Notes: generated from the letters alone by a model not told the origin. DNA of 64,000 nt from Octopus vulgaris (GCA_951406725.2 OX597830.1:35712001-35776000); one strand, 5' to 3'. Counted from the stretch's first letter, positions 29,090 through 43,955 are shown. Numbers and translations: made by a program.

Positions 29090-29440
29090 CCTTATGATAG
29101 ATAATATGTCAGAATACATTTCTTCCATCAGTTGAAGTGAACTTCTTCGATAAGGAAGTGATGGTCTGCTTCCTGTTACGGGTGGATGGCTTTGAAAGCA
29201 TTCCCTAATCTCTCCATACGCTCAGCATTTCTGGCGGAACCAATTCTTCTGTCTGCTGATACTGACCCTCCGTCTAAATGGCGATGGACTCTTCTCTATG
29301 CACGATGGTTAATGGTCTGTTTAATGTTCTTTCTTTCAGCTTCTCTTTGATAATCATGAAACTAAGGCCCTCCTCACGAAGTGAAAGAAACATTCTCTTT
29401 CTTTTGGGAGGTTCCAAATGTTTATTTCCTTTAGTATGAG
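29090..29440 (-). pseudogene. Tc1-like transposase N-terminal remnant
   Basis: TKGNKHLEPPKRKRMFLSLREEGLSFMIIKEKL, then RNRKQTITSL; resembles the paired-like HTH region of Tc1. Confidence 0.45.
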
Positions 29441-29802
29441 ACGCTATGCCTTAAACAGATAAACACCGTGAACTGTGAGGAAACATCTACGCTGTTATTC
29501 GTCCAGCTAGATAAAACAGTTACATATCCCACATATTACATCTACCGGTTTTAGAAGGTTAATGTCGTCATAGATACACTGTCTAGACAAAAAGAAAATC
29601 ACAAAAAAAAAAAAATCTTAACCAGAGTTCATATGCACTTAAATAAGAGTAAGAACAACAAAAACGTAAGCAGAGCCTATCAACGAGGTCACTACTACGT
29701 GGTCATGCGTGCCACTTAAAAGAGCAGCCAAATTTTCTTCAAACCCTATACTACCATCTAGTATCGAACAAACTAGGGAAAGATGTTTGATAAATATTAG
29801 TC

Positions 29803-29867
<65 letters not shown>

Positions 29868-29907
29868 GTGAGAGAAAGAGAGAGAGAGAGATAGAGAGAG
29901 AGAGAGG

Positions 29908-30004
<97 letters not shown>
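29803..30004. repeat. (AGAT)n/(AG)n compound microsatellite
   Basis: Directly visible. Confidence 0.95.
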
Positions 30005-30005
<1 letters not shown>

Positions 30006-30102
30006 TGAACCATAAACTGTTAGGAGATATAAGAGATGAATATATTTATTTAAACACTTAACTTCCTTAGGGTTATCGTTGTGTTTGTGTTGTGCGTATG
30101 CA

Positions 30103-30147
<45 letters not shown>

Positions 30148-30162
30148 ATATATATTTATGTA

Positions 30163-30198
<36 letters not shown>

Positions 30199-30277
30199 TG
30201 TATGCATGCATTATTTATGTTATTTGATTGAACCTACGCATATGTGTCCAAGTAAGTTTATCTGTATATATACATGT

Positions 30278-30455
30278 AGGGAAAATTCACAAAAAAGAAA
30301 CAAAAGGCGGAGACAGCTGGTGTAGACAACAAACAGATGTATTGGTATAACGCTCGCAAAGTGAAAAAGTCTTTAAAGTTTCGAGCCTATGCTTTTCCTC
30401 AGAAAGGAACACAAAAAGAAACAAGGAACGAAAATAAAGAATGTGTAGTGGTTGT
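30278..30455 (-). mobile_element. Family H1 Penelope-like terminal fragment with hammerhead motif (30371-30406)
   Basis: Minus strand CTTT-CTGAGGA-A-AAGC-atag-GCTC-GAAAC-TTT-AAAG: canonical CUGAnGA core, but the GUH triplet and stem II are mutated. Confidence 0.65.
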
Positions 30456-30754
30456 GTTATATGTACGTGTGTATATAAATATATATATATGCATGTATGG
30501 AGATATCTATGTATCCATGTAGGTATGCATGTGTGTGTGTATGTACATATATACGTGTGTGCATGTGTGTGTACGTCTGTATGTATATATGTATGTATGA
30601 ATGTATATAGGTCTGAATGCTTGTATGTAATACGTACTTAAATATGTAAGTATATATCTATGTATATATGAACGTACATACGTATGTATGCATTGCGTAT
30701 GCATGCATGATGCATGTATATAGGTATTTGTGCATTACGTATGTATTTATGTAC

Positions 30755-30814
<60 letters not shown>

Positions 30815-32619
30815 GTATTTATGTATGTATATATTTATGTATGTATGTATGTATGTATGTATGCCTGTATTTATGCATGAATTTATGTATGTATTTATGT
30901 ACTATGTATTTATGTATGTATTTATGTATGCATGCATTTATTATGTATGTATGTATGTATGTATGTATTTGTGTGTGTGTATGTATCACTGTGCCTGAAA
31001 GGAAACAGAAAAGTCATAATTATAATTCGTTTGGTAACAGCTCTACTTGACCAGGGCTTAGAAAGATCTCAGCAATAACAAAAATAACAACTGCAATGGC
31101 AGATGCCACAGCAAATGCAATGTATAACTGTAGCAACAGAAACACTAACTGCAGCTGTAGTAATACCTATTATCATGAAGATCTATGATATCAGTTCGTA
31201 ACTAGACACGTGATCAACAACAGGCGTGTATAAAACAACACCAACACCAGGAACAATAGGAAGAACAGCAACAACAACAACAACAACAACAACAAGCGCA
31301 ACACTAACAGGTATAGTATTAACAACAATGATAGATGTAAAGGGACGTACGAAAAGAAAACATTAAAAAAAACGCAATTAAACACTCATAACAACATGAA
31401 CAATATCAGTTAATACATTACCATTACAGAGGGCAATATATCATAATAGGAGCCAAAGATGGAGTCTGTACCTGGTGTCTATGTAGTGGCTATATCTGCC
31501 AGAAACAACAGTCAAATCTCCTTCAAATCACACCCTGTCTTTTGAAGAAAAGGACACGTTCTGAGTTCCTTGCACTGAGGTAGTTTTGGGGTTGTACACT
31601 GCTTGAATAATTTCGATTATGAGTTTGCTCGATCATAGCTGACCTGAGGTTAATCATTACAAAGACGACACAAATGTTAGCCATAGAGCGTCTACGCAGT
31701 CATTATACTCGCTAAAAAGTAGGAAAATTACTGCCTACCTTCTTGAAATAGAAGGACAAACACATTGTTTAACGTAGTCTAGTACTTGAAAAGATGAGAC
31801 AGTTACGGCTCGATTGCCATTGATAATATGATTGCTCACCTGTATCTGATATAGGGCAACAACTACAATGAAGTACGGTTATACTGACTGCTGTTAAACG
31901 GTAGCCTACTGCAAGAAACAGCAATAAAGACGGCTGCACCATCGGTGAAAAATAGTATAACACAGATATAGTGATGTTGAAAAAGAAAGAGTGGAGCAAC
32001 AACACGTAGAGAAATAGCAACATCAACGAACTGCGACGTTAGATATAAACGACGACACTAATAAAACTAGCAACATCAGCGACAGCCAATATCAGAAAAA
32101 AACAGCAATGACGATAAAGGTAACAACTCTAACAGAAATAGGAACAAAGATGATAAACGCAACGATGCTAATAGAAATGGCAACAGCAATGTGCAGCAGC
32201 ACTAAGTGAATATCGAACAAAATGATGGCAAAAATCGCAATAAGAAATAGCAACAATAATGATAAAGAAAATACTAACAGAAACAGTAACATTGATGGCA
32301 GAAATATTACTATCGATGTGAAAAGGCAACAAACAGCACTAGCAACAACAGAAACGAAACTAAGCACACTGATAATAGAAGAAATAGATACAGAAGCGGT
32401 CGCTTGGTAGCCATAGAATCATTCATTACCAAAGCACAGTAACAACAGTAACAACGGTCTTAACGACAATAGAAACACCAATAGCATCAACATCGTCGAC
32501 AATAGCGACAGCAGATGATGGTATATTTAATTTGCATCCAGATGTAGTAACCCCACTTGGACGTTTGGTCCCATTATGCAGAGTCTAGTGTGTCGCATGC
32601 AAGGAAAACGGCTACCCTT

Positions 32620-32802
32620 CCGCTCACCACTCTGTTGGTTTCGTCGCTGAGCGCTCCATCTGATCCGATCTGTGGGATAGCCAGCTCGTGAAGTGGTTGA
32701 ACGCTCAACAGACACGCACACCCCTGACGTTGTTTTCGGGAAGATTCAGCGTAAAGCAGAATGTGACTTGGCTGGTCTTTTGAAATACGAGTACTACTCA
32801 TT
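32620..32802 (-). mobile_element. 3' part of a CORE-type SINE, degraded
   Basis: Begins AATGAGTAGTAC, as in the AAATGAGTA junction of the copy at 18635; no coding signal. Confidence 0.4.
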
Positions 32803-33283
32803 CTTAAAGTCAACCGTATTGCAGGCATTCGAGCCAAATCGTCAGTTTGACGAGACTTTCCTCTTCCTCTCTCATAATCTTCGGGCCCCACAACGTCCAA
32901 AAGCGATATAAGTACAGTCTGCCTTCTTGACTTAAAAAAGAGAAACAAATCTTCGTTCTACCAGCAGCAACAGCAGCAGTGGCCATGGTCGTCATGAATT
33001 TATTACGTTACTATAGGAATGCATGTTACATATTGTCCACTACTTATACACACAAACACAAACACGCGCAAGAAATACGACACACATACACACACACCAC
33101 ACACACACACACATTTATATATGTAAATATATGTATATATGTGTGTATATAAATATACATACATATATACAAAAAATACATACATACATATATAAATACA
33201 TATATATGCATACATACATATATATATACCTACACACACACATATATATATATATACAAATATATATGTGTGTTTGTGTGTAA

Positions 33284-33333
<50 letters not shown>

Positions 33334-33340
33334 GTATATA

Positions 33341-33502
33341 TCTGTCTTCCCTTCTCTGAATCTTTCCTTCTCCTATGTTTCCGACGAAGAGCTCCGCTCG
33401 AAACGTTAAACCCTCCTCCTTTCCTTCTTTCCTGAGCGTCCAATAATGCTACATTTGTTCCACGTCCTCGCGTTGTTGTTTTTTGTGCTTTCTTGTTTGG
33501 AT

Positions 33503-33506
<4 letters not shown>
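33341..33506 (+). mobile_element. 166-bp element inside (TA)n carrying a minimal hammerhead (Penelope-like terminal fragment)
   Basis: Sharp (TA)n flanks on both sides; layout parallels family H1 (pyrimidine-rich leader, hammerhead, CCTGAGCGT, T-rich tail). Confidence 0.7.
33377..33411 (+). ncRNA. Minimal type I hammerhead ribozyme-like motif
   Basis: GTTT-CCGACGA-A-GAGC-tcc-GCTC-GAAAC-GTT-AAAC: stems I and II perfect, helix III reduced to the palindrome ACGT, predicted cut after 33407; U4 replaced by C. Confidence 0.65.
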
Positions 33507-33560
<54 letters not shown>

Positions 33561-33799
33561 CACACACACACACACACACACACTTATATATATATATATA
33601 TGTGCACATACATAGATATACATACACTCACAAGATAGCGAGATAGAGAGGTATATATACTTCAGATGCAAGCACACACGCACACCTTTTTACATGTATG
33701 TGTGTGTATGTGCGCGTGCGTATGTGTGTGTTTATGCGTTTGTGACGGAGGGTGCTGTATTTGCGTTAAAGCTGTAAAATGAAAAAAAAAAAAGAATAT

Positions 33800-33936
<137 letters not shown>

Positions 33937-34267
33937 GTAGGGCACTGATAGGGGGTAAATTATGAGACATAGCTGTAGTAGGAACGCAAACAGGGAAGGG
34001 GGTATCAGGCTGTAGAGAAATGGGGGGAGGGAGAGACACGCAGTCAGACAGACAGACCGATAGAGAGAATGTGTCTGTAGGAACAGGGAAAGCCTCAGAC
34101 GACAAAAAAAAAATCTTACTGCTATAAGGGGAGATCGGTGCTTTGAACAAAAAAAAAAACAAAACAACTTAATATGAGGGGTAGCGGTGGGAGTAGGAGG
34201 AAGAGGAGGACCGGGAGACGTAATGTAGTTGGAGGTTGTCAGGGGAAGAATTTTTGCAGAATACAAT

Positions 34268-34299
<32 letters not shown>

Positions 34300-34366
34300 G
34301 TGGTGGTGGTGGTGGTGGTGGTGGTGCCGATGATGGTGATTATTATTATTATTGTTGTTGTTGCTG

Positions 34367-34427
<61 letters not shown>

Positions 34428-34442
34428 GACGATGATAATACA

Positions 34443-34533
<91 letters not shown>

Positions 34534-37040
34534 GTGGTGGTGATGATGATGATGATGAAGATTGGAACATGAAGAGGCTGACAATAACGTTGCATGAAAA
34601 TGCTGATGGAGATGATGACGATGATCGTGATGCTGACGAAGGTGATAATGATAGTGGTGGTGGCGGTGGTGGTTGTGCTGGTGATTTCGTTGTCTTACGT
34701 TGAGGAGTGGTATGAGTGAGGCCAGTCAAAAGATGATGAAAGTGGTGGCGGCGGCGGCGGCGATGAAATTGGTGTCGTGTTTGTTGTTAGTGGTGGTAGC
34801 TCTGGCAGTTATAGGGCTCTTTGTGGTGGTGGTAGTGGTGGTGGTGGTGGTGGTGGTAGTGGACATGGAGTGCACGTGGTATTGGCAGCAGTGACTGTGG
34901 TGGTGGTGGTGGCGGCGGTATTCTTCACCCGAAAAGGGTTGTAGTGTGTGTGTGTGTGCGTGTATGTGTAGTGGTTGTGGTGGTGCAAGTTATATAATTG
35001 GCGAAGGTGGTAGTGATGGTTATCGTAACGTTAGGGACGAAGTGGTGGTTGTGTGTTAAAGTGTTGGTACTAGTAGGAGACATACAGTTGTTGTTGTTGC
35101 TGTCGATGGTTGTGGTGGTGGTGGTGGTAGTGGTGGAATGGGGTTGGTATTTATGATGATGGTTAAACATGCTGATATCGGAGCGGGGTGGCGTTTCGCT
35201 GTCGGTGGCAACGGAATGACACTGGCAGCAATGATGGCGGCGGCGGTGGTGGTGATGGCGGCGGTGGTGTTGGTGTTGGTGGTGGTGGTGCAGCAATGAT
35301 GGCGGCGGCGGTGGTGGTGGTGGCGGTGGTGGTGGTGGTGATTGCGGTTGTGGTGGTGGTGGTAGTGGTGGTGGTGGTGGTGGTCGTCGTCGTCGTCGTG
35401 ATGGTGGTGGTGGTGGTGGTGGTGGTGGTGTGATGGTGGTGGTGGTTGTGTGATTGTCGTTGTGGTGGTGGTGGTAGTGGTGGTGGTGGTGGTGGTCGTC
35501 GTCGTGATGGTTGTGGTGGTGATGGTTGTGATGGTAGTGGTGGAGGTGGTGGTGGAGGTGGTGGTGGTGGTGGTGGAGGTGATGTTCGTGGTGGTGATGT
35601 TCGTAGTGGTGGTGGTGGTGGTGGTGATGTTCATGGTGGTGGTGGTGATTTTTATGTCAGCGCCTTGTAACGTCGGTGACGTGATCGTCGTACGAATGGC
35701 GACGACAATGACGACATCAGTGCTGATGGCGACGACGATGATGATGATGTCACCGATGACGACGAGGAGGCAGAAGTGGAGTTAGAAGGACGGAGAAAGG
35801 GCTAGTTGTGATGGTATGTTACAGTAATAACGACAGTGGTGGTGGTGGTGGTAGTGGTGTTGCTGGTGCTGCTGGTGGTGGTGGTAGTTGTGGTGGTGGT
35901 GGTGGTAGTGGTGGTGGTGGTGGTGCTGCTGGAGCTGGTGGTGGTGGTGGTGGTGCTGGAGCTGGTGGTGGTGGTGATGGTGGTAGTGGTGGTGATGGTG
36001 GTATGGTGGTGGTGGTAGTGGTGGTAGTGGTGGTAGTGGTGGTGTTGGTGGTGGTGGTGGTGGTGGTGTGGTGGTGGTGGTGGTGGTGGTGGTGGTGGTG
36101 GTGGTGGTGGTGGTGGTTCAGGTTGCAAGGGTTGTGGCGGGGGTGATGGTGGTAGGGTGATAGCGGTGGGGTAGTACGCAATGGTGGTGTTGGTAATGTT
36201 GGTTGAGGGCAGTTGTGGCAGTTGTGGTAGCGGTGACGGTGGTGGTGGTGTTCGTTGTTGTGACGGTATAGTGGTGGTGATAGATTCTAGAGTCGTTGGG
36301 GGTGGTCGTGGTAGGATGGTTCAACGCTTCATTTAGAAGGGGGTTGCGTTGTTATTGTTCTTGATCGTGGTGTTCGTAGTGTTATTTTGGTGGTGGTGGT
36401 GGTGGTGGTGGTGGTGGTGGTGGTGGTGGTGGTGATGATGGTGGTGGTGGTAGTGATGGTAGTGGTGGTGGAGGTGGTGTTAGTTGAGGTGGTGGTGATG
36501 ATGGTGGTAGTGGTGGTAGTGATGGTAGTGGTGGTAGTGGTGGTGGTGGTGGGGTAGTGGTGGTGGTGGTGGTGGTGATAGTGGTGGTAGTGGTAGTGGT
36601 GGTGGCGGTATTAGTGGTGGTAGTGGTGGTGGTGATGAATCTGGAGGTCATCACAATTGCTGTGGTTGCAGGGGTAGTGGAATAACGGTAGTGGTGGTGG
36701 AGGTGAGGTTGGTGGTATTGGTTGTAGCAGTGGTGGCAATGGTGCTAACGATGGTGCTAGTAGCGGTAGTAGTGGTGGCAGTAATGCTGATGGTGATGAT
36801 TGTCGTAGTGGTGGTGGTGGTGGTGGTGGTGGTGGTGGTGGCTCTGTTGTTGGTGATACCTAAGGTCGACAGTTAAGAATGTGATGTAGATATAGGAGTT
36901 GCCGATCGATAAACCAGCGAGTAAAAGGTTTGGTGGGGGAAATGGGGGGGGCATCAAATGAAGAGAAATGGCGATGAGAAAGGGGGAGGGGTGCTGGGGC
37001 TCTGGTGGTCGTCATGGCGGTTGTTGTGATGGTGGTGACT
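34268..37040. repeat. ~2.8-kb degenerate (GGT)n/(GAT)n low-complexity domain
   Basis: Directly visible; stops in all frames. Confidence 0.9.
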
Positions 37041-37475
37041 GCATCTCTGTATATATATATATATATATATGCATATACGCGAGTGTGCGCGCTTTTATAT
37101 ATGCATATATATATATATGTATATGTGCATGTGTGTGTGTGTATGTGTGTGTGTGTGTGGTGTGTGTATGTGCCCGCATGTGTGTATATGTTTGTGTGCA
37201 GTAGGTCTAGAGATCACTGACCCCATTCCTCAACTGCAGAGCATTTTTACGTCTTAGATGCATACACTCACAGATGCATATAAGCATATACTTAAGATTA
37301 TATACAAACACATATATATATATGTATATATATATGAATATATATGTATAAACATATGTATTAATATATATATATATATATATATAAACATACATATATA
37401 TATATATATATACATACATAGATATATAGATAGATAGATATACACACATATATATATGCAATACTTATATACATG

Positions 37476-37548
<73 letters not shown>

Positions 37549-37640
37549 TCCTCTCTGTGTCAATCACTTCCTTTCTTTTTCCTTCTCCCTATACACATTT
37601 ATGTTCATGTTATATATGTATCCATATATGTATATATATG

Positions 37641-37671
<31 letters not shown>

Positions 37672-37718
37672 GGGCATACGTATCTATATGCATGTTTATA
37701 GGAATATGCATATATATA

Positions 37719-37797
<79 letters not shown>

Positions 37798-38519
37798 TGT
37801 ATATTGCATATATATATTTCCAACTTCATGCCCTTCACGTATTCACAAACAATCCCCAACCGCATTCCACACACCTTAACATCACCTCCGCCACCAACAT
37901 CAACGCCACTTCCATGACGTTGACAACATCCCCCTCCACCCTCACCCCCACATATCGCAATAAACGCTGAAGCCGCCGTCCCCCTACCGCCATCCCTGCA
38001 AAAACACCACATCATCGCCACCACCATCACAGTCATCATCATCATCATCATCATCATCGTCGTCGTCGTCGTCGTCAACATCACCGTTACTATCACCGTT
38101 AATTGAACGGTCACCGTCGCTGACATGCTCTATACCCCCACCCACCATCCCTCCCCCCAACCTCACCATAATCTTCGACAGCACAACAACCACCACCACC
38201 ATCACCGACATCACTGTCACCATCACCACCACCACCACCACCACTACTACTACTACTACAACACCCAGCACCCTCAAGCATAAGCGTCCACACAGACCAT
38301 CAAGATATTTTCCTGCAACACCACCACCACCGCCACCATCGTTTCCCCCCAGTTCACTCATTAACACACTGCCTCATCATCTACATCTACATAAAGGTGT
38401 ATGTATGTATGTATATATATATGTATGTGTGTGTGTATGTATGTATGCATATCTATATATATATATGTGTATATCAATATATGATGCATATATTTGTACA
38501 CACACACACACACAGACAT

Positions 38520-38551
<32 letters not shown>

Positions 38552-38765
38552 GCATATTTATATATACCTTCAGTATACTTTATATATACAATATATATAC
38601 ATATATATACGTATATGTGTATGTATATATGCATGGATATATATATATATAAGTATATATATATACCATATATATATATATATATACCATATATGTATAC
38701 ATCTATGCATATTCTGTATATGGTAAGTATATGTATATATATATATATATATATGTATATATACG

Positions 38766-38815
<50 letters not shown>

Positions 38816-39054
38816 TATACATATATATATTTATATTCATATATATATATACATACATATATATATATATGCACATACATACATCCTGACCAGAGGCTTA
38901 AACTTACTCCCTGCCATTTTTCCAGAACATCACAGCATTTTCTTACCACCTCTACTTATTACACGTATTCTGTTTTTGTCGCGCCCCTCCCTCTTTAGCA
39001 CCATGCTATCTCTCTCATCGCCCCCCCCCACTATATCTCTCTTTCTCACTCTCT

Positions 39055-39093
<39 letters not shown>

Positions 39094-39392
39094 TTCTCTT
39101 TCTCACCTCTTTCTTCACTATTTTCTGTTTTCTCTCATAATCTTTCTTATGCTTCGGCTTTATGTCTGTATATTTGCATTCGCTATCTATCAGAATAGCA
39201 GTGTTACCCAGATGCAAACACATACATACATACATTGCACATACACACTCGTGCACACACATATATGCACGTGTATATATATACACCCGTATTGCATGAT
39301 TGTACTTATATAGATTTCTGGAGGTCTCCTCTCTCGCAAAATATCTATATCTCTCTCTCTCTCTCTCATTAACTGAATAGGCATATCTATCC

Positions 39393-39454
<62 letters not shown>

Positions 39455-39760
39455 ATATCTATCTATCTGTCTGTCTTTCACTTAGTCTATGTACTTAACT
39501 ATCTCCGTCTCTGTTTTTCTCTGTCTCTATCCTCTCTCTTTCACTCACAATATATGCATGTGTATGTATATATATATATATATATATGCACAAATTCAGA
39601 TACATTCAGATTCACTTATAATCTATATGACAACCTTGTTAGCCAAACACCTATCTACCTCTCTAACCATTTATCTATATATCTATCTATCCATCTTCCT
39701 ATTTATCTATCTCTATCTATCCATCTCTCTCTCCCTCTCTCTCTCTATATATATATATAT

Positions 39761-39842
<82 letters not shown>

Positions 39843-40580
39843 ATATATATATATGTATCCTCGTCAGCCTACCTATTCATGTATCTATGTGACTATCTGT
39901 CTCTGTTTTATCAACCTACCTCTCTCATTCTAACAAGAGGGTTTTTTTTTTCTTTTGTTTTCTTAGTTACCTCATCTTTTCCTTCTCTGTCTTACCTATC
40001 CTTGCCATGCTGCTATGCATTTCCACCCCCCACCCCCCACTTCACCCTCATCAACACCACCACCACCACCACCACCATCATCAACATCATCATCATGAAC
40101 ATCCTCATCAGGATTGTCGTCATCATCATCATCATCATCACTACCGTCAATAACAACAGCAAACATCCCCACTACCATTACAGTAGATAACAGACCAACC
40201 GACCAGACACACACATACACACACATACATACATATTCGCACGCACACACATACAAGCACACATATTCAGAATTTGCCATCAGCCATAGCTGACTTCATC
40301 CAGTTGCAGCCAGATCTCTCCTGCGGCTGCAACCTCGCATTTTTTTCCCTCTTCTAATTGTTAGCGGTAGATTTTTTTTTTTTTTTTTATTTTTTGTTTT
40401 TTATTTTTTACTCTCTTTTCTTTTCGGTGCTTTTATTGTATTTTATTTATTCCGTTATTTCTTGAGCTTTCTTCGCTTTCTTTCCTCCGGCATGTCAAGT
40501 GAAGCTTTCTTTTGGACAGTGGATTTAGCGTGTGTATAGATATAGGTACACACACACCAACACACATACACACACACTAG

Positions 40581-40634
<54 letters not shown>

Positions 40635-40832
40635 TATATATATATATGTGTGTGTATGTTTGTATGTATTTATGCATTATATATACATATATATGAATGG
40701 CTATGTATATAGATAAATTATAATGTGTCTATGTATGTATATACATAAATATGTATATATTCATATATACATATATATACATTCATATATGTACGTAGGT
40801 ATCTATATATGCATATATATGCACATACATAA

Positions 40833-40872
<40 letters not shown>

Positions 40873-41409
40873 ATGTATGTATGTATATATATATGTACTA
40901 TGTATGTATGTATGTATATACATATATATATATGTATGTATATGTATGTATGTATGTATGTATGTATATATATATATAAACATACATATGTTCACATAAT
41001 TGGATATTAACATATATATTAATAAATATGTGTTGGTTACGCATATATCGACGTGCAAATATATATATACATACACACACACCTTTTGTGTACATAATAG
41101 AGAGTTCTAATAGAGATGCATGCACATATATATTATATTTATATATATATATATATATACATATATATATGTATATATATATGTATGTATGTATATATAT
41201 ATGTATATGTATAGATATCTATATATACTGCATATACATATGTAAATGAGAATATATAGAGTTTAGATATATGTTTTACTACACACATTCATTATATAAA
41301 TATTTCAAAATATACATGTATATATAAAAAAATTATATTTATAATATTTAGTCCTATACAGTGCTATACCACTATATACATCTATATTTATATTTCTATG
41401 TATGTGTAG

Positions 41410-41655
41410 AAGTGCCTGAGTGGTAATAAGCTTGTTTCCCAACCACATGGTTCCGAGTTCAGTCCTATCGCAAAGCACCTTGGGTAAGTGACTTCTACAA
41501 TATCTCGGCCAAAGCCTGAATAAAGCCCTGTGAGTGGATTTGGTAGTAAATAAGTACTAGAATTAAGAAAAAAATCTTGTGTTCTTATTTTTTCGATTAT
41601 AAGCCTTCAAGGCGGTGCTCCAGTATGGCCGCAGTCCAGTGACTGAAGCAAATAA
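41410..41655 (+). mobile_element. Internally deleted SINE family A copy
   Basis: Head and tail present, middle missing. Confidence 0.65.
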
Positions 41656-41881
41656 ATAATTATTATTGTTGCTGTTGTTACACCTCTTACACCTGTTGTT
41701 ATACTTGTTAAATAATATATATACAGATAGATACAGATAACCGGAGAAAGAGAGTCTGAGAGAAGGAAAGAGAGGAACATGGACAAACACATAGATACAT
41801 ACATACATACATATTTACACAAACCGGTGCTGTAGCCTAGCCGCAACCTAATGAGTAAAAGAAGCAATGTATGTGTGTATG

Positions 41882-41927
<46 letters not shown>

Positions 41928-41931
<4 letters not shown>

Positions 41932-42103
41932 GGGGCGAAACTATAATGACTTTCCAGAAAGCGTCGACTGAGGAGGAAATCTGCCGTGAATGGTCCGTGT
42001 ATCTTGTCTCAGCCCCGTTTGGCGTGTATTGTTATCTTAATGTTTTCGTATGTTGTGTTTTGTCTGATTTCCGCTCGTTATGATCTTTTTGTCCTACCTT
42101 TAA

Positions 42104-42106
<3 letters not shown>
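41928..42106 (+). mobile_element. 179-bp element inside (TA)n, probable Penelope-like terminal fragment
   Basis: (TA)n on both sides; contains GGCGAAAC and CTGAGGA half-motifs and a T-rich tail. Confidence 0.4.
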
Positions 42107-42158
<52 letters not shown>

Positions 42159-42241
42159 GTGTGTGTCTGTGTGTGTGTGTATACATACATACATACATAC
42201 ATATTCATACATACAAACTTACACACATACATACACACACA

Positions 42242-42288
<47 letters not shown>

Positions 42289-42784
42289 GTAAATTTACAG
42301 GATCTAAGTGTGTGGTGGCCAGGCTAGCAGGAACGCCGGCATGCATGCGTGCAGTCATGAAGGCAAGAAAGCAGGAAGGCAGGCAAACAGGCCATGCATT
42401 CCGGAATGCAGACATGCTGGAAAACAGAGAACGTGACATAAAGACACGCAGACATATAAGTAAAACTTTTAGAGAGAGCGATATACAGAGGAAGGAGTCA
42501 GATGGAAAAGTCTCGAGATACGGAAAGACACGTAAATATATATATGATGAACCAATGCATAATATGTCAAAGAGGTTGTAAAAAAGAAAGGAACTTATCG
42601 TTTGTACTTAATGTAATGGTGTGTTTATTCGTGGAGATGTGCCGCCAGATGAATGCTCCTGAAATTGGCTATCATTGCTATTGCATAAGTACTAAAAATC
42701 TATCTATCTACAAGTTTCTTTCTCTCTCTATCTTTTATTCTGCGTGTATGTGTCTGTGTTTATGTGGTTACATAATAATAATGC

Positions 42785-42993
42785 TTTCTGCAATAGGCAC
42801 AAAGCCTGAAATTTGGGGGAGGTGAAGTGTCGATTACATCGTCTCCAGTACACAATTGGTACGTATTTCCTCGACTCCGAAAGAATTCTAAGCAGAGTCG
42901 ACCTCGGAGGGAATTTGAACTCAGAAAGTAAAGACAGACGAAATGCCGGTAAGAGTTTTGTCCGGCGTGCTTGACTATTCTGACAGCTTGCAG
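42785..42993 (-). mobile_element. SINE family B copy
   Basis: Family B motifs on the minus strand. Confidence 0.7.
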
Positions 42994-43015
42994 CCTTTGT
43001 GTATTTATACTTATG

Positions 43016-43056
<41 letters not shown>

Positions 43057-43069
43057 TTATTCCTTCATT

Positions 43070-43440
43070 GTTTTAATTTGTTTCAGTCATTTGACTGTGG
43101 CCATGCTGGAACACCGCCTTTAGTAAATCGACCCGCAGGACTTATACTTTGTAAGCCTAGTACTTACTCTATCAGTCTCTTTTGCCGAACCGATAGGTTA
43201 CGGGAACGTGAACACACCAGCATCGTCTGTCTAGCGATATTGTGGGGACAAACATAGACACACAAACACACTTACATACATATATACAACGGGCTTCTTT
43301 TAGTTTCCGCCTACCAAATCCACTTACAAGGCTTTGGTCGGCCCGAGACTATAGTAGAAGACACTTGCCCAAGGTACCACGCAGTGGGACTGAAGCCGGA
43401 AGTATGTGGTTGGTAAGGCAGGTACTTCCCATGCAGCCAC
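43070..43440 (-). mobile_element. SINE family A copy
   Basis: Near full-length reverse-complement copy. Confidence 0.8.
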
Positions 43441-43446
43441 TATATA

Positions 43447-43487
<41 letters not shown>

Positions 43488-43578
43488 TGAGCGTTCGATA
43501 TGTCCATTAAACTGTTTGTGAAAGAACCTTTCCTTTCGACTTTCTGTACATGAATTGTGAACTCTATAATTACCATGC

Positions 43579-43672
<94 letters not shown>

Positions 43673-43719
43673 TGTGTGTCTGTGTGTCTCTGTGTCTGTG
43701 TGTCTGTGTGTCTGTGTCT

Positions 43720-43955
43720 TTGTGTCTATTTTTGATCCCCATCAACCTCCACTTGGCAACCAACGTTGGCAATGTTGGTTTGTTTACGTCCCCGTAAGCT
43801 AGCAGTTCAGTAAAATAATCAATAGTCCGATCGATTATGTACCAAACTTAAAACAAAAAAAAAAAGAAATAATTACTTAAGTCAATTCATTCGACTAACA
43901 AAATTCTTGAAGGCAGTGCCCCAGCATGACCACATTCTAATGACTGAAACAGATA
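43720..43955 (+). mobile_element. SINE family A 3' half
   Basis: GTTTACGTCCCCGTAA..GCCCCAGCATGACC..ATGACTGAAAC. Confidence 0.65.

Noticed and set aside
31070-32520. Hydrophobic, membrane-protein-like minus-strand ORFs
   Set aside because: Reverse complement of degenerate (AAC/AGC/AAT)n sequence.
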